Shown here in pieces: positions 25,734-36,163 of a stretch of 64,000 nucleotides of DNA. The stretch comes from Nannocystaceae bacterium. GTDB taxonomy: Bacteria > Myxococcota_A > Polyangia > Nannocystales > Nannocystaceae. Both the position numbers and the translations under genes were made by a program. The notes beneath the pieces were generated by a model. It ran no database searches and was not told where the DNA came from. It saw only the letters and a program-made list of their open reading frames with translations. Within the stretch, counting starts at the first letter, position 1; every line of letters starts with the position of its first letter. Location: positions 5,826 through 69,825 of the forward strand of contig JAIBBS010000017.1 in NCBI GenBank assembly GCA_019694555.1. The letters run 5' to 3'.

Positions 25734-27956
25734 TCACTGGGTCATCGTCGCAGCGTCGCGCACCGGCCCCACGCCCAGGGCGTGCAGCAGGAACGAGAAC
25801 GTGTCCACCGACTGCTCGATGTCCTTCTTGATCATGTCCGAGCCGCTGTGGCCGGCGTTGGTCTCGATGCGCAGGTACACCGGCTTGGGCGAGACCGCCT
25901 GCATCGCCGCGACGAACTTGCGTGCGTGCATCGGGTCGACGCGATCGTCGCTGTCCGCCGACAGCATCAGCAGCGCGGGATACGGCTTGCCGCGCTGGAT
26001 GTGGTGGTACGGCGAGTACGCGAACAGCGTCTCGAACTGGCTGCGGTCCTCGGCCGAGCCATACTCCGCGATCCACGTGCGGCCGGCACCGTAGAGGTGA
26101 TAGCGCACCATGTCGAGCAGCGGCACCGCGCAGACCACCGCGCCGAACAGCTCGGGGTGCTGCGTCATGGCGGCGCCCACCAGCAGGCCACCGTTGCTGC
26201 CGCCCATGATCGCGAGCTTGTCCGGCCGCGTGATGTCCTGCGCGATCAGGTGCTGCGCCGCGGCGGCGAAGTCGTCGAACACGTTCTGCTTGTTGGCGCC
26301 CATGCCGGCCTGGTGCCAGGCCTCGCCGAACTCGCCGCCACCGCGCAGGTTGACGACCGCGTACACGCCCCCGTGCTCGAGCCACATCACCGCGCGCGAG
26401 CTGTAGTTGGGCTCGAGGCTGACGTTGAAGCCGCCGTAGCCCACCATCAGCGTGGGGTTGTCGCCGCGACGCTGCATGTCCTTGCGATGGACCACGAACA
26501 TCGGGACCTTGGTGCCGTCCTTCGACGTGAACCACATCTGCTCGGTCACGAACTGCGAGGTGTCGACCGGGATCTCGATGCGCTGCCACAGCTCGGACTT
26601 GCCCGACGCGATCGAGGTCTTGAAGATCTGCGGCGTCTCGGTGAACGAGCTGAAGTAGTAGTAGCCCTCGTCTTCGTCGGGCTCGCCCATGATGCTGGTG
26701 GCGCTGCCGAGGCCGGGCAGCTCGACCTTGCGCACGAGCTTGCCGGACAGATCGCGGACCTCGAGCTCCGAGTGGGCGTCGCGCAGGTACGACAGCACCA
26801 GGTGATCGCCGACGATGTTGGCGCCGTCGAGCACCGCGTCCGACTCCGGCACGATCTCGCGCCAGTGCTCGCGCGCGCGCTTGGCCGGATCGACCACGTA
26901 CACGCGGTAGCGCGGCGCGCCGTCGTTGGTGTGGACGTAGAACTTGTCGCGCCAGGCGCTGACCGAGAAGATCGCGGGCTTGTCCTTCACCAGCGGCTCG
27001 AAGCGCGGCGCCGTGGTCGGCGGGCGGCGCTTGCCGCCCTTGGCCTTGCCGAGATCGGCGACGTAGACGTCGCTCGCGCTCCACCCCCGCGAGTGGTTCA
27101 CCAGCAGCCAGCGACCGTCGCGCGACACCGACGCGCCGACGAAGCGCGTGGGATCGCCGGTGGCCGCGAACATGATCGGGTCCGTGGCCGGATCGGTGCC
27201 CAGGCGATGGAAGCGGACGTCGGCGTGACCGGGCAGCTCCGTGACCGGGATCTTGGGATCGGTCGGCAGATACACGTAGAAGAAGCCCGAGTCGTCGGGC
27301 AGCCACGACGCCGCGGCATAGCGCGCGCCCTCGATGGTGTCGACGGTGAGCTCGTTGCCGGTGTCGAGATCACGGACGTACAGCGTCGCGGCGTCGGCGT
27401 TGTTGCGCGACAGCTTGTACGCGAGGTAGCGACCGCTGTGGCTGGGCATGATGCCGTGCACCGAGACGCTGCCGTCGGCGGACATCGTGTTGGGATCGAG
27501 CAGCACCTCTTCGGGGCCGTGCTCGCCCTTGCGCACGTAGTAGATCGCCTTCTCCTTGTCCTTGTGGCTGCGCGAGTAGAAGTAACGGCTGCCACGGCGC
27601 GCCGGCGGCGAGATCGTGTCGAGATAGGACAGCTCGGTCAGGCGCTGCTCGAGGTCCGCGCGCAGCGGCAGCGCGCCCAGGCGCTTGCGCGCGTAGTCGT
27701 CTTGCGCCTTCATCCACGTCGCGACCTCGGGGTCGGCGGCGTCCTCGAGCCAGCGGTACGGGTCGTCGACCTTGCGGCCGAACTGGACCTCGCTGGTCTC
27801 GGTCGTGCGGGTCGTCGGGGTGGTCGTGTCGTCGTGCGCGGTCGGCATCGTGGCACCGCCACCGGCGGGGACCGTGCTGCCGCCGCCGCTGTCGTGTTCC
27901 GGGCGGCACGACAGCAACGCGAGCGCGAGCAGTGGGACGGTCGTCAGGTGGCGCAT
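25734..27956 (-). CDS. prolyl oligopeptidase (S9A family) lipoprotein
   Basis: The ATG at 27956 gives MRHLTTVPLLALALLSC. There is an N-terminal beta-propeller and a C-terminal alpha/beta hydrolase domain with GGSNGGLL (nucleophile Ser) and the pattern DPYRWLED...YGGFNVS...DDRVDP...GHSG. Confidence 0.9.
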   Translation of the reverse strand: MRHLTTVPLLALALLSCRPEHDSGGGSTVPAGGGATMPTAHDDTTTPTTRTTETSEVQFGRKVDDPYRWLEDAADPEVATWMKAQDDYARKRLGALPLRADLEQRLTELSYLDTISPPARRGSRYFYSRSHKDKEKAIYYVRKGEHGPEEVLLDPNTMSADGSVSVHGIMPSHSGRYLAYKLSRNNADAATLYVRDLDTGNELTVDTIEGARYAAASWLPDDSGFFYVYLPTDPKIPVTELPGHADVRFHRLGTDPATDPIMFAATGDPTRFVGASVSRDGRWLLVNHSRGWSASDVYVADLGKAKGGKRRPPTTAPRFEPLVKDKPAIFSVSAWRDKFYVHTNDGAPRYRVYVVDPAKRAREHWREIVPESDAVLDGANIVGDHLVLSYLRDAHSELEVRDLSGKLVRKVELPGLGSATSIMGEPDEDEGYYYFSSFTETPQIFKTSIASGKSELWQRIEIPVDTSQFVTEQMWFTSKDGTKVPMFVVHRKDMQRRGDNPTLMVGYGGFNVSLEPNYSSRAVMWLEHGGVYAVVNLRGGGEFGEAWHQAGMGANKQNVFDDFAAAAQHLIAQDITRPDKLAIMGGSNGGLLVGAAMTQHPELFGAVVCAVPLLDMVRYHLYGAGRTWIAEYGSAEDRSQFETLFAYSPYHHIQRGKPYPALLMLSADSDDRVDPMHARKFVAAMQAVSPKPVYLRIETNAGHSGSDMIKKDIEQSVDTFSFLLHALGVGPVRDAATMTQ

Positions 27957-28128
27957 CGGCCGGGATGCTAGCAGTCCACGCGTGGTCGGCCGGGTCGGCA
28001 TGGACGCTTCGAAACCCGCCACTTTCGTGCGGTTTCGCGGCGCCCGCCGGCGCCGGCTGCGGCCGGTCGTGCGCTCGGGCGGCGGCAGTGGACAGGACCG
28101 GCCTGCAGTGCTCCGATGGGCACCGGCG

Positions 28129-28710
28129 ATGCTGGACGCGTCGGAGATCGATCGGCCCAAGGGCGAGCCGCGGATCCGCGGCGCGATCGTGCTCAACAAC
28201 CTCGTGGGCTTCGAGGACATCGTCGGCGTCGACGTGGTCCGGCGCGCCCTGGCCGGATTGCCGCCGGAGCTGGTGCACGAGGCCAGCGCGGTGGTGCCGG
28301 TCGCGTGGGTCCGCGCCGATCTGGTCGACTCGCTGTTCGCCGCGATCGCACACGCGGCCCGGCGTGAGCCCGAGGATCTGTTCCCCGAGGCGATCGAGCG
28401 CGGGGTCTACCGCACGCTGCACACGGTGTGGCGCGCGCTGATGCACCTGTCGAGCGACGCGGCCATCGTCAAGCGCACGCCGGCACTGTTCGCCCGCACC
28501 TATTCGTGCGGCCGGCTCGAGGCGCGCTTCCTCGGCGACGGCGCGGCCGAGGCCGAGCTGTTCGAGTGGCCCGGGGTCTCGCGCTTCCGCATGCTCGCGA
28601 TCGCGGCCGGCGTCCGCGCGGTGTTGCGCGTGGCCGGCCGCGAGACCGTGCTGGTCCGCAGCGAACGCACCGCCGACGGTGCCCGCTTCCGCGCCAGCTG
28701 GTCGCGCTGA
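28129..28710 (+). CDS. hypothetical protein (193 aa), possibly a member of a myxobacterial paralogous family
   Basis: This is a clean ORF starting MLDASEIDRPKGEPRIRGAIVLNNLVGFEDIVG.... Its composition is non-repetitive. Confidence 0.5.
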   Translation: MLDASEIDRPKGEPRIRGAIVLNNLVGFEDIVGVDVVRRALAGLPPELVHEASAVVPVAWVRADLVDSLFAAIAHAARREPEDLFPEAIERGVYRTLHTVWRALMHLSSDAAIVKRTPALFARTYSCGRLEARFLGDGAAEAELFEWPGVSRFRMLAIAAGVRAVLRVAGRETVLVRSERTADGARFRASWSR

Positions 28711-28716
28711 CGCGAC

Positions 28717-30582
28717 TCACGGACGCGCGCGTGCGAGGTGCTCGGGCACCATCGCAGCCGCCGGCGAGAGCACGTCGGCGGCGAAGCGGTAGCCGTCGTG
28801 CTCGGCGTCCGCGTAGTAGGTCGAGCCGTCGTCGGCGACGTAGAACAGCATCTTGCCGCCGCCGGCCGCGGTCGAGAACGCCGGGAAGTACGCGGTCACG
28901 CGCTCGTGGTGACCGTCGTCGGCGACGTACTCGATGTCGGTCGTGAACGGCTGCGCCGCGACCGTACCGAAGGTGTGGCCGACCATGAGGTGCGCGCCGG
29001 GATAGCTGGCGCCGGGGTAGTCGTACGGCGAGCCGTTGGACGCGAGCAGGAACACACCCTGACAGTTGTTCCAGCCGTCTTGGGTCTGCGCGCAGAAGTA
29101 CTGCGTGCGATCGACCGCGGCGCTGCGCGTGACTGCGACGACATCGCGCACGTGCAGCGGCGCGTCGGCGTCGGTGCAGCGCAGGCGCGCGGCGTAGATC
29201 TCGGTGCCGCCGACCGACGAACCCAGCTCCGAGCTGCCGCCCCAGCCGCCGATCGCGAACAGATCGTCGTCGCTGGTCACGACCACGTCGCGCAGGCGGC
29301 TGAAGCCGGGGCCGCTGGCGATCGCGTCGAGCCCGAGGACCTCGCCGTCGGCGTCGATGAACGCGAGCGCGTCGTCGTAGCTGCCGGCGCTGGCGCGCTG
29401 CAGCGGGCCGATGGTGGTCGCACCGTCGTAGGCGAAGCCGAGGATGGTCGTGCCGCGGCCGTCGATGTCGAGCGTCTCGGGCAGCTCGTCCGACGCGCCG
29501 CCGAGCGCCCGTGCGTCGACCAGCTGGCCGGCGGCGTCGTAGCGCTGCAGCAGCAGATCGCCGGCGCCCTGGGCCACCAGCGCCTGTCCGCCCACGGTGA
29601 CGCTGCCGCTGAAGTGGGCCAACGTCGCGAGCTCGCCACCGGGCCCCTGGGCCACCAGCGACACCGCGGGATCGGTCACGGCGTTGCCGGCGTGCCACAG
29701 CAGGCTGCCGTTGCTCGCGTCGAAGCGGGCCAGCGTCGCGGTGCCGCCGGTGCCGTCGGCGATCGAACCCGCGGCGACGAGCGTGTGGTCGTGGCCCAGC
29801 CGCAGGTCGCGGATCTCCGACGCGGACGCGACCTGCCACAGCTGCGTGCCGTCGGCGGCGAAGTGGATCAGCCGCGTCTCGCTGCCGCCACCGCCGGTGA
29901 TCAGGCGGCGCACGCCGATCGTGATCTCGCCGGCGTCGTCGACCACCAGGCCGCTGTAGTAATCGGAGCTGTCGGTGCCGCCGAGCTCGCGCGTCCACAG
30001 CACGTGGCCGTCCTCGTCGAGCACGCCCAGGAACACGTCGCCGATCGTGACGTGGTTGGGATCGGGCGGCGGCAACATCGGCGTGTACACGTCGCCCAGC
30101 ATGGTGCCGGCGTTGGTGCTGCTCGCGACCGCGATGATGCCTCCGCCCGCGGCGAGCGAGCCGCGGTTGTTGACGTCGCTGTCGATCATCTCGACCGCCC
30201 ACAGGAACTGCCCCGAGGCATCGAGGCGCGTGATCACGCCGGGGTAGAACACCGACGGTGCGGTCGGCAGCGTCAGCGCGCCGAAGTTGCCGCTGCTGCC
30301 GGCGCCGAGGAAGCGACCGAGCATCGCGATGCCGCCGTCGTCGAGCGCGGCCGCGGCCACGCCGGTCTCGCGCGGCTGGCCCCCGAACGCGATCGACGAG
30401 CCGCCGTGCTGCGACCAGCTGCGCACCGGCGTGCACGCGGGCGCGCCGGCGTCGACGCGATCGTCCTCGGTACCGGGACCGAGCCCGCGCGGCGCCGCAT
30501 CGCCGTCGCAGCCCAGCGCCATGGCCACGAGCGCCAGCGCCAACCCGCGCGCCCGATCCCTGTCTTCGTGTCGCTGTCGCAT
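28717..30582 (-). CDS. lipoprotein with beta-propeller-like repeats
   Basis: The ATG at 30582 gives MRQRHEDRDRARGLALALVAMALGC, a lipobox. The protein is repetitive in G/D/T/L blades. Confidence 0.7.
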   Translation of the reverse strand: MRQRHEDRDRARGLALALVAMALGCDGDAAPRGLGPGTEDDRVDAGAPACTPVRSWSQHGGSSIAFGGQPRETGVAAAALDDGGIAMLGRFLGAGSSGNFGALTLPTAPSVFYPGVITRLDASGQFLWAVEMIDSDVNNRGSLAAGGGIIAVASSTNAGTMLGDVYTPMLPPPDPNHVTIGDVFLGVLDEDGHVLWTRELGGTDSSDYYSGLVVDDAGEITIGVRRLITGGGGSETRLIHFAADGTQLWQVASASEIRDLRLGHDHTLVAAGSIADGTGGTATLARFDASNGSLLWHAGNAVTDPAVSLVAQGPGGELATLAHFSGSVTVGGQALVAQGAGDLLLQRYDAAGQLVDARALGGASDELPETLDIDGRGTTILGFAYDGATTIGPLQRASAGSYDDALAFIDADGEVLGLDAIASGPGFSRLRDVVVTSDDDLFAIGGWGGSSELGSSVGGTEIYAARLRCTDADAPLHVRDVVAVTRSAAVDRTQYFCAQTQDGWNNCQGVFLLASNGSPYDYPGASYPGAHLMVGHTFGTVAAQPFTTDIEYVADDGHHERVTAYFPAFSTAAGGGKMLFYVADDGSTYYADAEHDGYRFAADVLSPAAAMVPEHLARARP

Positions 30583-30705
30583 GTTCGTCTTCGCCCGCAC
30601 GCCGGCTCACCGGCACCGACCTCAGTAACCCCGGGGTGAACGCGGTTCGGCGGCGGCGGTCCCTCGAGCGCGGGGGCCGCCGCGGGACCTGCTAGCCTGC
30701 GCGCC

Positions 30706-31779
30706 GTGAACGAGTTCCGTGGTCTGTGGCTGGTGGCGACAGTGGCACTGTGCGCGTGTCCGGGCGGTGACGATGCGGGCGGTGGCGACACCGGCAGCAG
30801 CGGCGATGGCACCTCGCAGAGCGCGTCGTCCACCGCCACCGCGGGCGACTCGACCTCGCTGACCACCAGTGAGTCGAACACCACCGCGACGACCACGGTC
30901 GGCACCACCACGACCGACGGCAGCAGCAGCACCACCACCGACCCCAGCGGCAGCGACAGCGGCAGCGACGGTGGCAGCACCGGCGGTGGCGTCGACGCGA
31001 ACGGCTGCCCCGCCGACGCACCGCAGTCGTGGGTGATGTGCGAGGACTTCGAGGGCATCGACGATCCCGCCACGCAGCTGTCGCAGTGGAACGTCGCGGG
31101 CGACGCCTTCGGCGTCGAGGGCGAGCAGGGTGACGACAGCGATCGCGCGCTGCGGGTGACACTCACGCCCAACCTGATGTTCGGTGGCTGGGTCACGCTG
31201 CGGTTCGGTGACGGTCCCGATGCGCCTGCGGTCGACTCGCCCGATGGCCACTTCGACGAGGTCTGGGTGCGCTACAGCCTGCGCACGGGCGACGACTGGC
31301 CCGGCTACCCCATCGGCGACGTCGGCGAGGTCATCAGCATGAACGGCGCCAACTGGGGCATCGCGGCGGACCTCAACCTGCGCGCCGAGGCGCCGATGCG
31401 ACTGCATCCGCTGGTGTGGAGCTGCGTGTTCGGGGGCAACCTCGCGTGCGACGGCAACAACGACTGGGCCGGCACGCTGCAGAACATCTGGGGTCAGGAG
31501 GGTCCCACGGTGCTGTTCGACGACAACAGCGCGGGCGTGCAGCGCTGCGTGGTCGCGCACATGCGACTCAACACCGTGGGCCAGGCCGACGGTGAGGTCG
31601 ACGTCGTCGTCGACGGCGTGCAGGAGATCTCCGGCACTGGCCTCGATCTGCGCGGCAGTTGGGACGACTACGGCATCAACGCGGTGCGCTTCACCAACTA
31701 CACCAACCCGCCGGCGCAGCCGCTGGACTTCTGGGTCGACGACGTGGTGGTGGCGACCGAACCGCTGCAGTGCCGCTGA
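30706..31779 (+). CDS. lipoprotein with Ser/Thr-rich linker, hypothetical
   Basis: The GTG start gives MNEFRGLWLVATVALCAC, a lipobox. A long S/T/G low-complexity linker is followed by a globular domain. Confidence 0.65.
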   Translation: MNEFRGLWLVATVALCACPGGDDAGGGDTGSSGDGTSQSASSTATAGDSTSLTTSESNTTATTTVGTTTTDGSSSTTTDPSGSDSGSDGGSTGGGVDANGCPADAPQSWVMCEDFEGIDDPATQLSQWNVAGDAFGVEGEQGDDSDRALRVTLTPNLMFGGWVTLRFGDGPDAPAVDSPDGHFDEVWVRYSLRTGDDWPGYPIGDVGEVISMNGANWGIAADLNLRAEAPMRLHPLVWSCVFGGNLACDGNNDWAGTLQNIWGQEGPTVLFDDNSAGVQRCVVAHMRLNTVGQADGEVDVVVDGVQEISGTGLDLRGSWDDYGINAVRFTNYTNPPAQPLDFWVDDVVVATEPLQCR

Positions 31780-31805
31780 CGCGCGCGCCGGAATCGGCGC
31801 GTCAG
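31776..31805. terminator. bidirectional terminator hairpin between convergent genes
   Basis: ctgacgcgcgcgccg-gaat-cggcgcgtcag is an inverted repeat that spans exactly the two convergent stop codons (TGA at 31777..31779, and the fhs stop at 31802..31804). Confidence 0.5.
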
Positions 31806-33436
31806 GACAGCCCGACGATGGTGCCGTCGACGAGGTCGATCTTCGCCGCGGCCGGGACCTTGGGCAGACCGGGCATGCGCATCAGCTCGCCGGTGAGCAC
31901 GACGATGAAGCCGGCGCCGGCGTTGATCTGCAGCCCGCGCACGGTGATCTCGAAGTCGCGCGGACAGCCGCGCAGCTTGGGATCGTCCGACAGCGAGTTC
32001 TGGGTCTTGGCCACGCAGATCGGCAGGTTGCCGTAGCCGAGCTTGTCGATGTCCTTGAGGTCGCGCTCGGCCGACTTGGTGAAGGCGACACCGCGCGCGC
32101 CGTACATCGCCTGGGCCACGGCTTCGATCTTCGCCGGGATCGAGGCCTCGAGCGGATACAGCGGCTCGAAGCGCGCGCCGCCCTTGTCGACCGCGGCGAT
32201 GACCTGACGGCCGAGCTCGAGCGCACCCTCGCCGCCGCGGCCGAAGTGCTCGCACACGGCCACGCCGACGCCGCGCTTGGCACAGGCCTCGGCGACCACG
32301 GCGAGCTCCTCGTCGGTGTCGCTGCCGAAGCGGTTGAGCGCAACCACGGCGGGCTTGCCGAAGCGCGCGACGCTCTCGAGGTGCTTCTCGAGGTTGGGCA
32401 GGCCCGCGGCGACGCCGGCGGGATCGGGCTTGTTGATGGCGTCGAGCGCGACGCCACCGTGCATCTTGAGCGCGCGCGCGGTCGCGACCAGCACGACCGC
32501 GTCGGGATCGAAGCCGGCGCTGCGGCACTTGATGTCGAAGAACTTCTCCGCGCCGAGATCGAAGCCGAAGCCGGCCTCGGTCACGACCCAGTCGGCGAGC
32601 TTGAGCCCCGTGCGCGTGGCGATGACGCTGTTGCAGCCGTGGGCGATGTTGGCGAAGGGCCCGCCGTGCACGATCGCGGGCGTGCCCTGCTCGGTCTGCA
32701 CGAGGTTGGGCAACAGCGCGTCGCGCAGCAGCGCCAGCATCGCGCCGGTGACCCCCAGCGCGCCGGCGGTGACGGGCGCGCCGCTGCGATCGAAGCCGAC
32801 CAGGGTGCGATCGATGCGACGGCGCAGGTCGTCGGCGTCGTCGGCGAGGCACAGCATCGCCATCAGCTCGGAGGCCGCGGTGATGTCGAAGCCGGCCTCG
32901 CGCGGGGTGCCGTTGGTCTCGCCACCGAGCCCGACGACGATGTTGCGCAGGCTGCGATCGTTCATGTCGATCACGCGGCGCCACAGCACGCGACGGGCAT
33001 CGAGCCCCGGCGCGGTGCCGAAGTGCACGCAGTTGTCGATCGCGGCCGCGAGCAGATTGTGCGCACTGGTGATGGCGTGGAAGTCACCGTTGAAGTGCAG
33101 GTTGATGTCGTCCGAGGGCGACAGCCGGCTGCGCCCGCCACCGGTGCCGCCGCCCTTCACACCGAAGCACGGCCCCAGCGACGGCTCGCGCAGCACCGCG
33201 GTCGCGCGGTGCCCCAGCAGCGTCAACGCATCGGACAACCCGATCGACGTCGTGGTCTTGCCCTCACCCGCCGGCGTCGGCGTGATCGCCGAGACCAACA
33301 CCAGCCGCGCCGGGTTGGCACTCGCCCGCGGTCGCGTGAGCACGGCGCGATCGATCTTCGCCTTGTCACGCCCGAACGGAATCAGGTCATCGGACGACAG
33401 ACCCAGGCGCGCGGCGACATCGAGCAGTGGCAGCAT
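31802..33436 (-). CDS. fhs: formate--tetrahydrofolate ligase
   Basis: Full-length match to the Fhs family: PTPAGEGKTTTSIGL, NLHFNGDFHAITSAHNLL, HGGPFANIAHGCNSV, EAGFGFDLGAEKFFDIKCR. Confidence 0.95.
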   Translation of the reverse strand: MLPLLDVAARLGLSSDDLIPFGRDKAKIDRAVLTRPRASANPARLVLVSAITPTPAGEGKTTTSIGLSDALTLLGHRATAVLREPSLGPCFGVKGGGTGGGRSRLSPSDDINLHFNGDFHAITSAHNLLAAAIDNCVHFGTAPGLDARRVLWRRVIDMNDRSLRNIVVGLGGETNGTPREAGFDITAASELMAMLCLADDADDLRRRIDRTLVGFDRSGAPVTAGALGVTGAMLALLRDALLPNLVQTEQGTPAIVHGGPFANIAHGCNSVIATRTGLKLADWVVTEAGFGFDLGAEKFFDIKCRSAGFDPDAVVLVATARALKMHGGVALDAINKPDPAGVAAGLPNLEKHLESVARFGKPAVVALNRFGSDTDEELAVVAEACAKRGVGVAVCEHFGRGGEGALELGRQVIAAVDKGGARFEPLYPLEASIPAKIEAVAQAMYGARGVAFTKSAERDLKDIDKLGYGNLPICVAKTQNSLSDDPKLRGCPRDFEITVRGLQINAGAGFIVVLTGELMRMPGLPKVPAAAKIDLVDGTIVGLS

Positions 33437-33583
33437 CGCGCACGACCGTACCCGCCTTCGCGCGCGAGGTGAACCACGACGACGCGGCCGGGCACCTGGC
33501 GCCCGCGCGCGGCCGCCTGCGCACGCGGGGCGGCGCGCGGTCGCGGGGCCGCGCGCGGTCGCACCGCGGCAGGACGCTCGGCC

Positions 33584-36118
33584 TCAGCGCTTGCCCGCGG
33601 GCTCGCCGTTGCTCGGTGCTGCGCCGCCCGCGGCGGGGATCGCCCGCTGTGCGAGCTTCTTGGTCAGCGACTCGAGCGGCGTGCCGGCGAAGACGCGGTC
33701 GAGCACGTCGGTCAGGGTCTTGCCGCCGACGAAGTTCTGCACGCTCATCGCGTCGGCGATCTTCACCAGCGCCTCGTGGCTCGACAGTGCCAGCAGGGCC
33801 TCGGAGAAGCCCGGCTGCGCCGCGGAGAAGCGCGCGACCGCGGCCTCGACCTCGGCGCGCAGCGCCTCGAGTCGCAGCGCCTGGGTCTGCTGCTCGACGC
33901 GCAGCTGCTGGTCCGCGGTGGCCTGTCGCCGCGCGAGCTCGGCGGCGTGGCCGATGTCCGACGCGGCGTTGCGCGCGATCACGGCCTGCTTGCGGTCTTC
34001 GTGCTCCTTGATCTCGGCAGCGACCTGCGCGAGCACGACGTCGAGCCGCGCGCGCACGTCGGCCGACTCGAGCGTTGCGAGCTTGGCCGTGGTGGCCGAG
34101 CGTGCCTCCGCATCCTGCTGGCGGATGCCCTCCTGCTCGCGCACGACCTCGAGGTTGCGACGCGCGCGCGACAGCGTGATGTGGCTCTGCATGGTCTCGA
34201 GCTCGGCCGCGCTCAGCAGCTCGGCGATGCGCGGATCACCGATCTCGACCCCCAACACCTCGACGTCGGTCACGTGCATGCCGTTCTCGGAGAAGCGCAT
34301 GCCGGGGCGCTCGCCGCCGTCCTTGGACTTGCCCAAGATGGTGTCGCGCACGATGTCGACCGCGTCGGCGTAAAACGGCTCGATCGCGAACTTCTTGATC
34401 GTGCCCTTGAGCACCGAGCGCACGTGGTCGCACAAGAACTTCACGTAGTTCTCGACCTCGAACCACTTGGTCGGCTCGCCGGTGAAGTTCACGCGCATCG
34501 AGTACTTGAGCTCCACGCCGACGTGGTCGCTGGTCTCGACCTCGCAGATGTCCGAGACCTTGTTGTTGAGCACGCGCAGGTACACCGTGCGCAGCAGCGT
34601 CTCGGTGCTCTTGGGCTTGCCGGTCGACAGCTCGAGGATCTCCAGCGATTCGTCGTACTCCAGCAGCACCGTCTGCGGGCCCAGCTCCACGCGGCGATGG
34701 CCCTTCTTGTCCACCACCAACATCGCGTAGCCGACCCACAGGTTCAGCGTGGGCACGCCCTCGTACTTGGTGTTGAACACGATCGTGCGCGGCTGGTTGA
34801 AGTTGCTGCCGCGCTCGAGCACGTCGCCGACCATCGCCGCGGTGTCGCGCGACACGGACGACTGGTCCATCGCGACCGCCTGCGCCGGCGACGGCGCCGC
34901 ACCGCGCGGGCGCTTCTGGCTGCGCTCGTAGTCACCCTCGGAGACCACGCCGGCGCGGGTCGTGGGCGCGGTGGCCATGACCTGACGCAGGCCGCGGTTG
35001 TACTGCAGCGCCTCGTCGTTGCCGGGATACCAGACCATGCACTCCTTGTCGGAGAGCACGCGCCGCACGATGACCTCGTCGACGGGATTGGGCAGCAACA
35101 TCGCCGGACCGCGGGCCATGCGGATCTCGCCGGTCTTGCGGTTCATGACGTAGCGCGCCTCGCCGGCCGGCACCGCCACCGCGAAGTGCTTGTCCTTGCC
35201 GTCGTAGCGCACCAGCGAGTGTTCCTCGCGCGGGAAGTAGATCGCAGTCTGCTTGCCGGTGATGAAGATCTCGTCGCCTTCCTTGAAGGCGTGACCGCCC
35301 TCGGTGTACGGCGCGATGACCTTGATGTGCAGGCCCTGGATCTCGTTGAGCTCGAGCGCGCGGAACTTGCGATGGCCGTCGCGCAAGATGAACGACTCGG
35401 TCGGCTCGGGGAACACCACCTGCGGGCCCCGCTCGTAGCGCTTCTTGCCGTTCTGTTCGACCAGGATGCAGTACTCCAGCCGCTCGAGCGTGAGCGCGTC
35501 GCGGACGTAGTTGGCCTGCTCGTCGGGCACCACGCCGACACCGGTCGGCGGGATGTAGAACGACACGTCGGTGCCCTTGATGATGTAGAGCTTGCCGACC
35601 GTGAGGTCCGGCGGTGCCGCCAGCGTCGGTTCCGAGACGCCCTCGACCGCGGGCTTGATCACCGCGGTGCCCCAGCTGCGACGGGCCTCGTCCTCGTTGT
35701 AGACGCGCACCAGCAGGTACTGGTTGGAGCGCAGGTGGTGGCCCTTCACCAGCTTGACGATCTGCCCCGGCCACAGCGCGAAGTTGCACGGGCCGGTGAT
35801 GTTGATCTTCTTGCCCACGTCGAGATCGGGGCTGGGATGCACGCCGCCGGACGAGGGATGATCGCCGCGCACCGAAGGATTCTTGAGGATGAGGTAGTAG
35901 CCCTCGGGTGCGATCGCGCCGACCTGCACCGCGTCCTCGAGCGAGCACGGCTCGAAGCGCTTGGTCGTGGGGTTGAACAACACCGGCCGCTCCTGCGCGG
36001 TCGGGTTGATCACGGTCGGACCGGTATACGTCTTGATGACGCCCTTGGTCACGTCCTGCATGTACGCGTACTCGCTGGGTGCGAGCACCAGGTCGCGCTT
36101 GTTGCCACGCTCGTCCAT
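33584..36118 (-). CDS. major vault protein (MVP) homolog, 844 aa
   Basis: The N-terminus (YAYMQDVTKGVIKTYTGPTVINPTAQERPVLF) parallels eukaryotic MVP ([30 protein letters not shown]). Several 50-60-aa repeat units follow. The shoulder region (NYVKFLCDHVRSVLKGTIKKFAIEPFYADAVDIVRDTILG...MRFSENGMHVTDVEVLGVEIGDPRIAELLSAAELETMQSHI) parallels MVP [40 protein letters not shown]...[37 protein letters not shown]. The C-terminus has a long Ala/Gln/Arg/Glu coiled-coil cap-helix. The length matches MVP (about 860-890 aa). Confidence 0.85.
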   Translation of the reverse strand: MDERGNKRDLVLAPSEYAYMQDVTKGVIKTYTGPTVINPTAQERPVLFNPTTKRFEPCSLEDAVQVGAIAPEGYYLILKNPSVRGDHPSSGGVHPSPDLDVGKKINITGPCNFALWPGQIVKLVKGHHLRSNQYLLVRVYNEDEARRSWGTAVIKPAVEGVSEPTLAAPPDLTVGKLYIIKGTDVSFYIPPTGVGVVPDEQANYVRDALTLERLEYCILVEQNGKKRYERGPQVVFPEPTESFILRDGHRKFRALELNEIQGLHIKVIAPYTEGGHAFKEGDEIFITGKQTAIYFPREEHSLVRYDGKDKHFAVAVPAGEARYVMNRKTGEIRMARGPAMLLPNPVDEVIVRRVLSDKECMVWYPGNDEALQYNRGLRQVMATAPTTRAGVVSEGDYERSQKRPRGAAPSPAQAVAMDQSSVSRDTAAMVGDVLERGSNFNQPRTIVFNTKYEGVPTLNLWVGYAMLVVDKKGHRRVELGPQTVLLEYDESLEILELSTGKPKSTETLLRTVYLRVLNNKVSDICEVETSDHVGVELKYSMRVNFTGEPTKWFEVENYVKFLCDHVRSVLKGTIKKFAIEPFYADAVDIVRDTILGKSKDGGERPGMRFSENGMHVTDVEVLGVEIGDPRIAELLSAAELETMQSHITLSRARRNLEVVREQEGIRQQDAEARSATTAKLATLESADVRARLDVVLAQVAAEIKEHEDRKQAVIARNAASDIGHAAELARRQATADQQLRVEQQTQALRLEALRAEVEAAVARFSAAQPGFSEALLALSSHEALVKIADAMSVQNFVGGKTLTDVLDRVFAGTPLESLTKKLAQRAIPAAGGAAPSNGEPAGKR

Positions 36119-36163
36119 CTCGGGCTGCCTCGTCGAAGGGGGGCAGCAGCGTAGCAGGGTTTG